A stretch of 64,000 bases of DNA from Chromatiales bacterium (GTDB lineage: Bacteria > Pseudomonadota > Gammaproteobacteria > JAJPIJ01). The stretch spans positions 2,739-66,738 of the forward strand of contig JBQTIC010000054.1 in assembly GCA_052388435.1 (NCBI GenBank). Direction: 5' to 3'. Of the stretch, positions 1 through 9,660 are shown in pieces. Made by a program: the position numbers and the translations under genes. Every line of letters begins with the position of its first letter. Positions within the stretch are counted from its first letter, which is position 1. The notes below the pieces were generated by a model. That model saw nothing but the letters and a program-made list of their open reading frames with translations, did no database searches and was not told the DNA's origin.

Positions 1-779
1 AACACATAGGCCCCGTAACCGACCACGCGATCGCGTGGTCCGGCCGTGTCCCCGGAATTACGCACATCGAGAACCTCTACACGCAGGTCGCGCTGGCGCG
101 CGAAGTAAAGCAGCCCGTTGAGCGGCATGCAGCCGCAGGCGTTCTCGGGTCCGATCTCCTCGTACCGCAGCGCTTCGATTGATCGCGTGGTCTCGTTGTC
201 GAGGCGCTGAGCGGTGCGGTAGTCGTGATAGTGGCTGAGGTCCGTGCTCACCACGATGAGCGTCTCCGGCCCCCCCCATAACTTCGACAGTACGTCGGCG
301 ACCTGCGGCGGCGCAGTGTCGCCGACGACCAGCGGCACCAGCGTGAAATCATCCAGCACGGCCTGCAGAAACGGAAGATGGACTTCCAGACTGTGCTCGT
401 AGACATGCGCCTGGTCGGCAACGACCACGCCGGGCGAGTCCGCGATCTGTGCGTAAGCATCACGGTCAATCGGAACAAGGCCCAGCGGCGTGCTGAAACT
501 CCCGGCGCTGGAGAGAGCTATACCCTGTACATACACCCGGTGCGCGGGGCCGAGCAGCACAACGCGCCTGATCCGTCCGCATGCCGGTCGCACGACGCGA
601 TAGGCGGAACCGGCCACCGCTCCGGAATAAACGTAGCCGGCATGGGGGGCGATGATGGCCTTGGGGACGGGCACGTTACTGCCTGCCGCGCCCACGTGGC
701 GCTCCACCTCCCCTTGCAGCGTCGCTGCGTCATCGGGGTAGAACTGGCCGGCGACCGCCGGCCACCGGATGCTTGTCAC
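1..779 (-). CDS. MEMO1-family protein (AmmeMemoRadiSam system protein B-like), 3' end cut by window edge
   Basis: Minus-strand frame is open from GTG at 779 to position 1: MTSIRWPAVAGQFYPDDAATLQGEVERHV...PHAGYVYSGAVAG...ETLIVVSTDLSHYHDYRTAQRLDNETTRSIEAL...VVGYGAYV. AGQFYP N-terminus, HAGYxYSG and STDLSHY are MEMO1/AmmeMemoRadiSam-B hallmarks. Absent from ORF track because there is no in-window stop. Confidence 0.7.
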   Translation of the reverse strand, partial: MTSIRWPAVAGQFYPDDAATLQGEVERHVGAAGSNVPVPKAIIAPHAGYVYSGAVAGSAYRVVRPACGRIRRVVLLGPAHRVYVQGIALSSAGSFSTPLGLVPIDRDAYAQIADSPGVVVADQAHVYEHSLEVHLPFLQAVLDDFTLVPLVVGDTAPPQVADVLSKLWGGPETLIVVSTDLSHYHDYRTAQRLDNETTRSIEALRYEEIGPENACGCMPLNGLLYFARQRDLRVEVLDVRNSGDTAGPRDRVVGYGAYV

Positions 780-840
780 TGTCGGGCCCGCCCGCCTGGA
801 TGTTAATCTCGATCGAAGTATAGACCCGCCGGCCCCGGCT

Positions 841-3267
841 TCACCCCGTGCTGGCCGGCACGGACCACGCGGCGAGGAGATATAGGACGGCGGCCGCGAC
901 CACCGCCCCGATGTAACCGGCGTGCATCATGGTCAGTGTCGCCAGCATCGCACCCACGACTGATGCGCAGCCGTTGATCGCGAAGGCCCAGGGGATCAGC
1001 CGGCTGTCGCGCTCGCCGACGGCGCGCAGGGCCAACGGAAACGGCTGTCCCATCGCCATGGCGAGCGGTGCGAGCAGGCTGAGCGTAATCAGGATCCGTC
1101 CCCCGTCACCCATACCGCCGCTCCAATCAAACAGCGCCGGTAATATGGCCATGTGGAAAAGGAGCAGGGCGATGATCACGCCAATTGCGCGGCGCACGGC
1201 GCGCCGTGTGAATGCGCCGCCCCGCATGCCAAGCAGGCTGCCCAGGCCTGAGAACAGCAGCATGCCCGTGAGCACGACGGCGATGGCGTAGAGCGGATGA
1301 TGCAGATAAAGCATGAACTTCTGGATGCATGCCAGCTCGACAAACATGAACCCCAGCCCGATGGCGCCGAAATAGAGCGGAATGCGCGGTTCCCGTCCTG
1401 GACGGTCCGCGGTGTGCAGGCGCCGTTGCCACCACCACACGGGCAGCGCCACCAGTAACACACTGACGAGCAGCGCCTGCGCCAGTGCCGCCACGAGCAC
1501 AAAGTAACCGAGGTCCAGTAACGCCATGCCGCGCTCGCGACCCAGGCTCAACACTTCGGGCAGCACGCGCCAGCGGAAGAAGTGGAAAAAATACGGTCGG
1601 TCGTCGGTGGCCGGCCGCACGTTAAACTTGTAATCGGCGATAAACGCCTCCGCACGCTCGCCGAGCAGCGCCGCAGCGCCGAGGTAATCGTAGGCTTCCG
1701 GCCACACGTTGTAGCGGTTGGCCTCCGTCGCGGTCATCCCGGGGTACCACGCCAGGTCGAACCACCGCGACTGCGCAAATGATTTTGCCGTCTCGATCTG
1801 GGCGGGCGTCAGCGGTGCGTTGCCGACGACAATGACGCTCAGGTTCCAGCTGCGCAACCACAGGAGATGACGTTCCGGCTGCCTGTGCAGACGCCTCAGC
1901 GCTTCGACCGCGGTGGCAAAGAGCTTGAGGTCGTCGCGCGGCGGCAGTTGCGCCCAGCGCGACATTGCCAGCAGGCCGCCCGGTGCGAGTCTTCCGAGAT
2001 ACTCCTGCACCGCCTCGCGCGTGTAGAGATGGCTCTCGCTCAACGCGTGCACGCCGGAGGCGGCGGTGCTCAGCGCATCGAGGGGACTCAGCTCGATGAG
2101 GTCAAAACGATGCGGCGTCGTGGAGACGAACTGGCGCGCCTCGGCCACATGAACGTGCACCCGCGGGTCCGCATAGAGATTGCCGGCGAACTTCGAGAAC
2201 CGGTGGCGAACCATCTCGACCACTTGCGGGTTGAGTTCCACCACGTCCACGCGGCGCGCGCCGTGCACCAATGCGTCGAGGACGTCTACGCCGCCGCCGC
2301 CACCGAGGATGAGCACTGACGGCGCAGGCGCGAGCGCGTAAGGGAGTGCCGAGGGCAGATCCTTGAGATACTTGACCGTGGCGGAATTGCCGTCGTAGCG
2401 CGTGATGACGGACATCCCCTCCCCGTCAGTGAACAGCGCGATCTGTGCCGGCGGCGTCGCGGTTGCATTCAGGCTCAAGCCGGGCGCATGCCTGAACGGC
2501 ACCTCGGAGTTTTCCACGGCGGTGACCACCCCAAGCGGGCTGCTTCGCTCGGCGGCGACCCCGGCGCTGAGGATCTGCAACGTGCGGCTGAGCGACTTGT
2601 ATTCGCTCATGCGTACCGGAACCTGCGCCGCGAGCAACGCCAGCGCTGCGATGACCAGCACGATCAGCACCGGAGCGGCCTCGAAGCGCCCGGCAAAACC
2701 GCGCCACCCGAGCAGCACCGCCACCGCAATCACCACAGCGAGTGTGGCGAGGCACGCCACCGGCGGCAGCCACCAGAGCAGCCCGACGGTGGCGGCTGCT
2801 CCACACCCGGCACCGGCGAGATCGCAGCCGTAGACGACCGGCTGCTGCCGGCGGAAGCACGCCAGCATCAAGCATATACAGCTCGACGCAAAGAAGAAGG
2901 GCACGGCCAAGATGAGGTATGTCGCGAGCAGGTGCAGCCACTCCCGCCCATCCCACAGGATGGCGAGCGGGTTGAACGGGACCAACTGCGAGAGCAGGAA
3001 CGCGCCGCAGGCGCTGACGGCGAAGCCGAGACCGCAGGCGACGTAGAGCCGGCCAGCGGTCTGCGCCGACGGCGGCGGGCGGATGGCGAGCACCGTGCCG
3101 CTTACCGCATAGCCAAGCAGGGCGACACTGATGATGAGATAAGCGAAGTGATGCCACTGCACGATGGAGAACAGCCGCACGAGCAGGATCTCGGTGCCCA
3201 GCGCGGCGCCCGAGATCGCGAACACGGAAAAGAGGAGGTAACGACTCGGTCGATCGCTGGCAGCCAT
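841..3267 (-). CDS. polytopic membrane protein fused to spermidine-synthase-like (PABS / class I methyltransferase fold) domain
   Basis: 808-aa ORF. More than 8 hydrophobic helices N-terminal, central ILGGGGGVDVLDALVHGARRVDVVELNPQVVEMV...DLIELSPLD aminopropyltransferase-like core, then a second hydrophobic block. Known widespread fused membrane/spermidine-synthase family. Confidence 0.7.
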   Translation of the reverse strand: MAASDRPSRYLLFSVFAISGAALGTEILLVRLFSIVQWHHFAYLIISVALLGYAVSGTVLAIRPPPSAQTAGRLYVACGLGFAVSACGAFLLSQLVPFNPLAILWDGREWLHLLATYLILAVPFFFASSCICLMLACFRRQQPVVYGCDLAGAGCGAAATVGLLWWLPPVACLATLAVVIAVAVLLGWRGFAGRFEAAPVLIVLVIAALALLAAQVPVRMSEYKSLSRTLQILSAGVAAERSSPLGVVTAVENSEVPFRHAPGLSLNATATPPAQIALFTDGEGMSVITRYDGNSATVKYLKDLPSALPYALAPAPSVLILGGGGGVDVLDALVHGARRVDVVELNPQVVEMVRHRFSKFAGNLYADPRVHVHVAEARQFVSTTPHRFDLIELSPLDALSTAASGVHALSESHLYTREAVQEYLGRLAPGGLLAMSRWAQLPPRDDLKLFATAVEALRRLHRQPERHLLWLRSWNLSVIVVGNAPLTPAQIETAKSFAQSRWFDLAWYPGMTATEANRYNVWPEAYDYLGAAALLGERAEAFIADYKFNVRPATDDRPYFFHFFRWRVLPEVLSLGRERGMALLDLGYFVLVAALAQALLVSVLLVALPVWWWQRRLHTADRPGREPRIPLYFGAIGLGFMFVELACIQKFMLYLHHPLYAIAVVLTGMLLFSGLGSLLGMRGGAFTRRAVRRAIGVIIALLLFHMAILPALFDWSGGMGDGGRILITLSLLAPLAMAMGQPFPLALRAVGERDSRLIPWAFAINGCASVVGAMLATLTMMHAGYIGAVVAAAVLYLLAAWSVPASTG

Positions 3268-3528
3268 GAAATTGGTCGATTCGCGTGTCCTCTACGCTCG
3301 CAGATCTGATGGTTGATGATGCGATCTTCGCCACTCCGGCGAAAGCAGGAGTCCCGTGAGCAATATAAAGGCGTCTGGATGCCGGCCCGCCGGCATCCGG
3401 TAGAAGATCGTTTCTACTGCATTGCGCGACCCATCCATGTCGCGTCCTTCGGACTCGCGGATGCTCGCTCAAATGCGCTCCAGGCGCCTTTGTCGGCCAC
3501 GAACCTCAGAAACGATGCCAGAGCCTCC

Positions 3529-4275
3529 TTAGTGGTCACCCGTAAGTGGCACGAAGCGGACGGGTAGCAGTTGCCTGAGCTGCACCGAACCGTCGGATGC
3601 CTTGGTCACGAGGACCAGGTGCTGGGTCACGAAGCGGTCGCCGACCGGGATGACCATCCTGCCGCCCGCCTTGAGCTGACGGACGAGAGGCTGCGGGATG
3701 TGACTGGCGGCGGCGGTGACAATGATGGCGTCATAGGGACTGTGTTCCGCCCACCCAAAGTAGCCATCGCCTACACGCGTCTGCACTGCGTCGTACCCAA
3801 GCCGCGCCAGGCGTGCGCGCGCCCCTTGGGCGAGTGGTTCGATGATCTCGATGGTGTGGACATGGGTCCGCAGCTCGGCGAGCACCGCGGCCTGATAGCC
3901 GGAGCCGGTGCCGATCTCCAGGACGCGGTCACCCGGCTCAAGCTCCAGCAGCGCGGTCATGATCGCGACGATGAAGGGCTGCGAGATGGTCTGGCCGTGA
4001 CCAATCGGCAAAGGCTGATCGCGGTAGGCATCCGTGCGCTGGGCATCCGGCACGAACTCGTGGCGCGGCACCTTGCGCAGCGCATCCAGCGTCGCTGCGA
4101 CGGGCTCTCCGCGGGGATCGAGGTCCGCCACCTGACCGATGTCGGCGGCAATGTGATCCACCAGTGCGTGCCTTGCCGACTGTTCATCAGCACCGCCCCG
4201 CAGCGGGCAGACCGCAATCGTGCCAGCCAGCAGTATCCCAACTAATGCTCTCGCGCCTGGCGCCTGGCTCTTCAT
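3529..4275 (-). CDS. pcm: protein-L-isoaspartate O-methyltransferase with N-terminal signal peptide
   Basis: VLEIGTGSGYQAAVLAEL...DAIIVTAAASHIPQPLVRQLKAGGRMVIPVG matches Pcm SAM-binding core. ORF track extends to 4575 (348 aa) but that would overlap nfi. ATG at 4275 gives 248 aa starting MKSQAPGARALVGILLAGTIAVCPLRG (signal-peptide-like) and leaves a 4-nt gap to nfi. Confidence 0.75.
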   Translation of the reverse strand: MKSQAPGARALVGILLAGTIAVCPLRGGADEQSARHALVDHIAADIGQVADLDPRGEPVAATLDALRKVPRHEFVPDAQRTDAYRDQPLPIGHGQTISQPFIVAIMTALLELEPGDRVLEIGTGSGYQAAVLAELRTHVHTIEIIEPLAQGARARLARLGYDAVQTRVGDGYFGWAEHSPYDAIIVTAAASHIPQPLVRQLKAGGRMVIPVGDRFVTQHLVLVTKASDGSVQLRQLLPVRFVPLTGDH

Positions 4276-4279
4276 AACT

Positions 4280-5071
4280 CTATCTCTCGTGCGCACGCAG
4301 AACGGCGGCCCGATCGCGGCCGCTACCGCGTACGCGCACGCCTGCTCCGTAGCGAATAGACCGCATTTGCTGTGCTGCGTCGCCGTGCCGGGGTGCATCG
4401 CGAGCAGAGGCAATGCGATCGGCAGCGCGGCTCGGCTCCGGCAGGCGGTAACGCGTCGCGCAGCGCAGGACATGGTCGATAGCGGTGGCAAGCGAGATCC
4501 GGTGACCGACGGATACATACACCGGTCGGACAGCCGTGCGCGTGCGCAGCGCGGCGCCGATTGTTTCATCGCCATCCTTGAGCGGTTGCCACCGCCCTCG
4601 CCTCGCGCCCACGTCGCGGTGGCGGCCGATGAGCCGGCTCTTTGCCACGCCGATGCTCGGCCGGTCGAGCATCACCCCCAGATGGGAGGCAAGCCCAAAG
4701 CGTCTGGGGTGAGCATAGCCCTGGCCGTCACAAAGGATCAGATCGGGCAACTCACGCAGCTTTGCCAGCGCCGCGAGGATAGCGGGGATTTCGCGAAACG
4801 ACAGCAATCCCGGGATGTACGGAAATCGGGTGCGCCGGGTCGCGACCGCTTGCGCGAGCAGCTCCAGGCCGGGAAACGTCATGACCACGACGGCGGCGCG
4901 CGTGGTCCGTCCACCGTCAGTGAAGCCCGCATCGATGCCGGCGACAGTGCGGATGCTTCCGAGCCGATCCTCGACCAGCACGCGGGCGCGCAATGCCTCC
5001 TGCAGTTCGATCGCCTCGCGGGGCGTGAGATCGAAGCTGTGCGTGCAGGCCAGGCGCAGCGTCTTTAGCAT
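4280..5071 (-). CDS. nfi: endonuclease V (deoxyinosine 3' endonuclease)
   Basis: AGIDAGF...[18 protein letters not shown]...[23 protein letters not shown]...GVAKSRL...YRLPEP aligns along E. coli Nfi. About 25 extra C-terminal residues. Confidence 0.8.
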   Translation of the reverse strand: MLKTLRLACTHSFDLTPREAIELQEALRARVLVEDRLGSIRTVAGIDAGFTDGGRTTRAAVVVMTFPGLELLAQAVATRRTRFPYIPGLLSFREIPAILAALAKLRELPDLILCDGQGYAHPRRFGLASHLGVMLDRPSIGVAKSRLIGRHRDVGARRGRWQPLKDGDETIGAALRTRTAVRPVYVSVGHRISLATAIDHVLRCATRYRLPEPSRAADRIASARDAPRHGDAAQQMRSIRYGAGVRVRGSGRDRAAVLRAHER

Positions 5072-5805
5072 GCGCCGCGCAGTGCCGCCAGCGCCTCAAG
5101 GACGTCCTGAAGCATGGCCGCGACCAGACGCTCGCCCTTCGCAGCCGTGGCAAGCGTAGGGTTACCGTTCACACCGCTCGGACTGTAGTTCGGCGCAGCC
5201 GGGTCACTGCGATTGAATATCCCACGCTCTATCCGCTGCCTCGCCGGCTCCGCCCTACCCATGACCACGTAGTGAGGAGCCAGAGCCAGCATGATGGACG
5301 TTTCGATCTCGTCAGCGTGACCGCCAAAGCTCTGCTCCTCCACTTCCCTTACCACCTGCGTGAAGCGTGCACCGGAATACACGTTGATGAGGCCGACCGC
5401 GACTCCGTGCGGTGGCTCGCGAACCACTGCATCGAGCGGCTCGATCGTGCTGATCCCCGTGTTGAGCAGCGCCACCGTGCGCGCGCCGGCGCGGACAATG
5501 CCGTCGAGCAGCTCGCGCACGACGCCGCAGAAAGTGTCGCGCGACAGACTGATGCTGCCGGGATACTCGATGAACACGGGATAATAGCCGTAACTCAACG
5601 GCGGCCACACCGTGACTTCCGCCGCACCAGCGATCGCTCGCCCCAGCCATTCCGCCTGCAGGTAGTCGGTGCTGAGCGGCAGGTGATAGCCGTGCTCCTT
5701 GGCGGCCGCGCCGATGGGCAGCACAGCAGTGGCGCCGGCTGCGAGCGCCTGTTCTACTGCGGGCCATGCCGCCTCGGCGACCAGCACACCCCGGCGCGGC
5801 GACAT
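5065..5805 (-). CDS. creatininase-family amidohydrolase
   Basis: [16 protein letters not shown]...[16 protein letters not shown] is the creatinine amidohydrolase family signature. Start moved from 5931 to ATG at 5805 ([11 protein letters not shown]...); the upstream extension is non-conserved. Confidence 0.7.
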   Translation of the reverse strand: MSPRRGVLVAEAAWPAVEQALAAGATAVLPIGAAAKEHGYHLPLSTDYLQAEWLGRAIAGAAEVTVWPPLSYGYYPVFIEYPGSISLSRDTFCGVVRELLDGIVRAGARTVALLNTGISTIEPLDAVVREPPHGVAVGLINVYSGARFTQVVREVEEQSFGGHADEIETSIMLALAPHYVVMGRAEPARQRIERGIFNRSDPAAPNYSPSGVNGNPTLATAAKGERLVAAMLQDVLEALAALRGAC

Positions 5806-5822
5806 GGCGATCCTGCAGCAAC

Positions 5823-6434
5823 TCAGAGACGGACGCGACGGTAAGACGCGCCGAGGCGAGAACGCTCCTCGCCGGTGAAGGCAGCGATCATGAGTCCGGC
5901 CAGGAACCAGCCGATGACCGCATCGGCGCAACTGACCAGCGTGTAGTCAGTGGCAAAGCGCCACCAGATCCAGTACGGCCCGTTCCCGGCCAGGGCGACG
6001 ATGAAGCCGATCACGGTAACAAATAACGCCCGCGATACATAACCCAGCCCGTCGGTGGTTCTGAGCAGGAGCACGATGAGGAACGCGACTGCAACATCCA
6101 GGGCAAGCGCGCCAGCCAGCTGTACAGTCATGCGAGGGTCCATGCCCTCGCGAGTAAATGCCACGAAGGCAAAGGGGCCCTTCCGCAATCGCTCGCTCGC
6201 CGCCTCTTTGGCCTGTTGCGCCACCTCAGGCAGGGTGTTGCTCTGTATGTGCTCCGGATTGGGGAGGACGTAGACGCCCGAGGTCGGCGCGTTGTCAGTC
6301 AGGGTCTGCGTGACCTGCTCTTCGCTGGCAAACACCTTCAGCGTCGGCGCGTGCCATGGCAATACCATCCATGACACCCAACCCCACACAAAGACCACAG
6401 CGCCGCCCAGGATCGCTGCGAGTAGCATTTTCAT
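5823..6434 (-). CDS. hypothetical integral membrane protein
   Basis: 203-aa ORF with 4-5 hydrophobic helices. Strong RBS GGAAGGGGAGG just upstream of ATG at 6434. No recognisable family. Confidence 0.5.
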   Translation of the reverse strand: MKMLLAAILGGAVVFVWGWVSWMVLPWHAPTLKVFASEEQVTQTLTDNAPTSGVYVLPNPEHIQSNTLPEVAQQAKEAASERLRKGPFAFVAFTREGMDPRMTVQLAGALALDVAVAFLIVLLLRTTDGLGYVSRALFVTVIGFIVALAGNGPYWIWWRFATDYTLVSCADAVIGWFLAGLMIAAFTGEERSRLGASYRRVRL

Positions 6435-6954
6435 ATCCTGCCTCCCCTTCCATATGCATGTTGGGCTCGTTGGGGCCTGCTTGATTTTGAAGGATAAAGG
6501 ATAAAGCCTGGCGGGTCACCCCTCGCGCCTGACCAAACCTGCGCAGGTGCCCCATCGTTCAACACCGGACGCGCCAAAAGAAGCAGCCCGCCGGCTGATT
6601 TCACGTTCAGCCCCGCTCGGACGGAAGTGACTCTGAGGAACGCAAGATAACGGAACAACCTGGTGCTGGGCACGACGGAGGGGCGCCACGCTGGCAGGAT
6701 TGGGCGTGAGCGGGAGCAGCGCCAGTTGACTCCTCGCGCCGGACGCTTTCGGCTACAAGGGGAGCCCTGTGGTGACATCGCCTTCGCTGGAGCCTTCGGT
6801 GCGGCGCGAGCGTGGCCGAACTGTCGCCGGAGCGGCCCGCTCAAGCCACTGCGGCCCTTGACCTGCTCACATCACTACGTGATGCTCCTCGCTCAAGGGA
6901 GGCGCTCAGCTCCCGCCTCCGCTAGACGGCGGTCCACGCCACAGGGAGCATGGC

Positions 6955-7083
6955 ATGCAAAGCAAAGTGACCGAAATTGCGCGAGATACATATCGGATCT
7001 CAACGTTCCATCCCGGGTACGGTATCCAGTTCAACCAGTTCCTCATCAGGGATGATGAGCCATTTGACGCACGGAATTCATGA
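6955..7083 (+). pseudogene. truncated N-terminal fragment (42 aa) of an MBL-fold/ODP-family (flavodiiron-like) protein
   Basis: [42 protein letters not shown] with AGGGAG RBS. I-x-D-x-Y-x-I...N-x-[FY]-LI-[RK]-[DE]-[DE] resembles the first beta-strands of FprA/NorV-type ODP domains. A stop follows after 42 codons and no continuation appears in any frame. Confidence 0.35.
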
Positions 7084-7203
7084 CGTCAAAGCACCCCGTC
7101 TAACCCGGGTGACGGTCAGTTGCACCGGCCCGCGCGAGCGGCGCGCCGGAGCCCCGCTACCGTGAGGCGACTGGCGATCGGGCGCGCCAGAGGAGAACTC
7201 TGA

Positions 7204-7628
7204 ATGACTCGGGCTCTGAGAGCCAGGACTCTGAGTGTCTCCATTCAGTGTCCGCCGAGCCACGTGTATGGCTTCGTTTCCAACCCTGAGAATCTCCCGA
7301 GATGGGCGACAGCATTCTGTCGGTCGATCAGAAGTCGGAGGGCAAGTGGATCGTGGAGACTCCGGACGGTCCAATGAGAATCAAGTTCGCTCAACAAAAT
7401 GAGTTTGGGGTTCTCGATCACTGTGTGAGTCTCGCGCCCGGTCTGGAGATCTCGATTCCGATGCGTGTGGTTCCCAACGGCTCTGGCAGCGAGGTAATGT
7501 TGACGCTGTTCCAGTTGCCCGATATGTCTGATGAGAAGTATGCCGAGGATATCGGATTGGTAGAGCGCGATCTGAGGACTCTGAAGAGCGTCCTGGAAGG
7601 AACGGACCCCCTAAGCCCGAACCGCTAA
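7204..7628 (+). pseudogene. SRPBCC (START/Bet v1-like) family protein, frameshifted
   Basis: ATG 7204 with AGGAGAA RBS gives MTRALRARTLSVSIQCPPSHVYGFVSNPENLPRWATAF..., which stops at ~7372. The rest of the domain (…DQKSEGKWIVETPDGPMRIKFAQQNEFGVLDHCVSLAPGLEISIPMRVVPNGSGSEVMLTLFQLPDMSDEKYAEDIGLVERDLRTLKSVLEG) runs in the +1 frame to 7628. A 1-nt indel near 7300-7330 is needed to join them. Confidence 0.5.
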
Positions 7629-7660
7629 GATGACAGCAACAACAACCAGGGAGAGCCAGA

Positions 7661-8176
7661 GTGCAGAGACTCAAGGCCAAAATCCGCGATATTCCCGACT
7701 TTCCGAAGCCCGGCATCGTTTTCAAGGACATCACGCCGCTGGCGAAGGACCCTGCCGCGCTGAGGCTCGCCGTCCATCAGCTGCTGCATCCCTTCCTGGG
7801 CGAGCGCCTGACGGCGGTCGCGGGCATGGAAGCGCGCGGCTTTATCTTCGGCAGCCTGGTGGCCTGGGAGCTGGGTGTCGGCTTTGTGCCGCTGCGCAAG
7901 CCCGGCAAACTGCCCTACGACGTGCAGGCGATCTCCTACGATCTGGAGTACGGGTCGGCCTCGCTGGAAGTGCACATTGATGCCTTCGGCCCCGGCGATC
8001 GCGTGCTGCTCGTCGATGATCTCATCGCCACCGGCGGCACGGCGCTGGCGAGCTGCGAGCTCATCGAGAAGCTTGGCGCCGAGGTGGCGGGATGCGCGTT
8101 CGTGGTGGAACTGGATTTCCTGAAAGGACGCGATAAGCTGACAAAGTACCGCGTGCATACGCTCATTCATTATTAA
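7661..8176 (+). CDS. apt: adenine phosphoribosyltransferase
   Basis: IPDFPKPGIVFKDITPL...VLLVDDLIATGGTALA (PRPP-binding motif). 171 aa. Confidence 0.9.
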   Translation: MQRLKAKIRDIPDFPKPGIVFKDITPLAKDPAALRLAVHQLLHPFLGERLTAVAGMEARGFIFGSLVAWELGVGFVPLRKPGKLPYDVQAISYDLEYGSASLEVHIDAFGPGDRVLLVDDLIATGGTALASCELIEKLGAEVAGCAFVVELDFLKGRDKLTKYRVHTLIHY

Positions 8177-8949
8177 TGTGCCTGATCCTGCTCGCGTGGC
8201 GGCACCACCCGCGATATCCTCTGGTCATTGCCGCTAACCGCGACGAGTTCCGTGCGCGGCCTTCAGCCGCCGTGAGATTCTGGAGCGACAGGCCGGACAT
8301 CCTCGGCGGACGCGATCTGCAGCAGGGCGGCACGTGGCTCGGCATCAGCCGCGGTGGACGCGTCGCCGCCGTCACCAACTATCGCGAAGCCGGTCCGCCC
8401 GTCTCCCCAGCATTGTCGCGCGGCTGGCTGGTGCAGGAGTTCCTGCTCGGCACGGAAGCGCCCGGCGACTATCTCCGCGAAGTCCAGTCGCGCGCCGAAC
8501 TCTACAATGGCTTCGGTCTCTTTGTCGGCGATACCCGGCGGATCTGTTATTACTCCAACCGTGGCACCGGCATCCGCGATCTCGACCCCGGTCTCTACGG
8601 TCTGAGCAACCACCTGCTGGACACGCCCTGGCCGAAGGTGAGGCGCGGCAAGGCGGCCCTGCAACGCGCCCTCGATCGCGAGGGTGCCCCTGACGTCGAG
8701 GAGCTGCTCGGGATCCTTGCCGACGGCACTCCGGCTGCGGATGACCTGCTGCCACACACGGGCGTGGGTTTAGAGCACGAACGCTCTCTCTCGCCCATCT
8801 GCGTCCGCGGTGAGGACTACGGCACCCGCTGCTCGACTGTGCTCCTGCTGAGTCACGACGGCGAGGTTACTTTGGCGGAACGCTCCTTCGACGCCGCGGG
8901 CGTTGCGATGGGCACGGTTACGCACGGCTTCAAGATCGAACAAGTGTAA
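8176..8949 (+). CDS. NRDE-family (TANGO2-like) protein
   Basis: MCLILLAWRHHPRYPLVIAANRDEF...GGTWLG has the eponymous NRDE motif. Start overlaps apt stop (TAATG). Confidence 0.75.
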   Translation: MCLILLAWRHHPRYPLVIAANRDEFRARPSAAVRFWSDRPDILGGRDLQQGGTWLGISRGGRVAAVTNYREAGPPVSPALSRGWLVQEFLLGTEAPGDYLREVQSRAELYNGFGLFVGDTRRICYYSNRGTGIRDLDPGLYGLSNHLLDTPWPKVRRGKAALQRALDREGAPDVEELLGILADGTPAADDLLPHTGVGLEHERSLSPICVRGEDYGTRCSTVLLLSHDGEVTLAERSFDAAGVAMGTVTHGFKIEQV

Positions 8950-8964
8950 GGCTGGCCACGGGCC

Positions 8965-9660
8965 ATGAACCAACCAGTGCTGGAGTTGCGGCAGCTCGCC
9001 AAGCAGTACGGCGACGGCGTGGTAACGCCCGTGCTCCGCAATGTCGATCTGACCGTGTGCGCCGGCGAATTCGTTGTACTGTTTGGTCGCAGTGGTTCCG
9101 GCAAGTCCACCCTGCTCAATCTCATCGCCGGCCTGGACACGCCCACACAGGGTGAAGTCATCGTGAACGGGGCTCCGCTGACGCGGCTGCCGGAGCGCGA
9201 GCGCACCCTGTTCCGGCGGCGGCACATGGGATTCGTGTTTCAGTCCTTCAGTCTGATCCCGACCATGTCGGTGCTGGAGAACGTGCTGCTGCCGCTGCAG
9301 CTCAACGGCGAGTCGCCGGCACGCATGCGCGGCAAGGCCCTGCAAATGCTCGGCGAGCTCGGGCTTGCCGATAAGGGCGAGCGCTATCCGGAAAGCCTCT
9401 CCGGCGGGGAGCAGCAGCGCGTGGCAATAGCGCGCGCCCTCGTGCATGAGCCGTTGCTGATCCTCGCCGATGAACCGACCGGCAACCTTGACCTGGAAAC
9501 CGGCCGCCACGTCCTCGCGCTACTCTGCCGGCTTACGCGCGCAGCGGGCAAAACACTGATCATGGCCACGCACAGCCAGGAGGTTGTCGGCCGTTGCGAC
9601 CGCATGTTCAAGCTGGTCGACGGCAGGGCCGTGCCGGTCTTGGATCACCCCGATGCATAG
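8965..9660 (+). CDS. ABC transporter ATP-binding protein (LolD/MacB-like)
   Basis: Walker [10 protein letters not shown], signature [15 protein letters not shown], Walker [15 protein letters not shown]-loop ATHS. Confidence 0.85.
   Translation: MNQPVLELRQLAKQYGDGVVTPVLRNVDLTVCAGEFVVLFGRSGSGKSTLLNLIAGLDTPTQGEVIVNGAPLTRLPERERTLFRRRHMGFVFQSFSLIPTMSVLENVLLPLQLNGESPARMRGKALQMLGELGLADKGERYPESLSGGEQQRVAIARALVHEPLLILADEPTGNLDLETGRHVLALLCRLTRAAGKTLIMATHSQEVVGRCDRMFKLVDGRAVPVLDHPDA

Noticed and set aside
2426-3472. 348-aa minus-strand ORF (and 2488-3309 plus-strand ORF)
   Set aside because: Overlap the 808-aa membrane/spermidine-synthase-like gene in other frames. No features.
9584-9652. N-terminal extension of FtsX permease ORF
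   Set aside because: Would overlap the last 25 codons of the ATPase gene. A start at 9653 or 9668 gives standard translational coupling.
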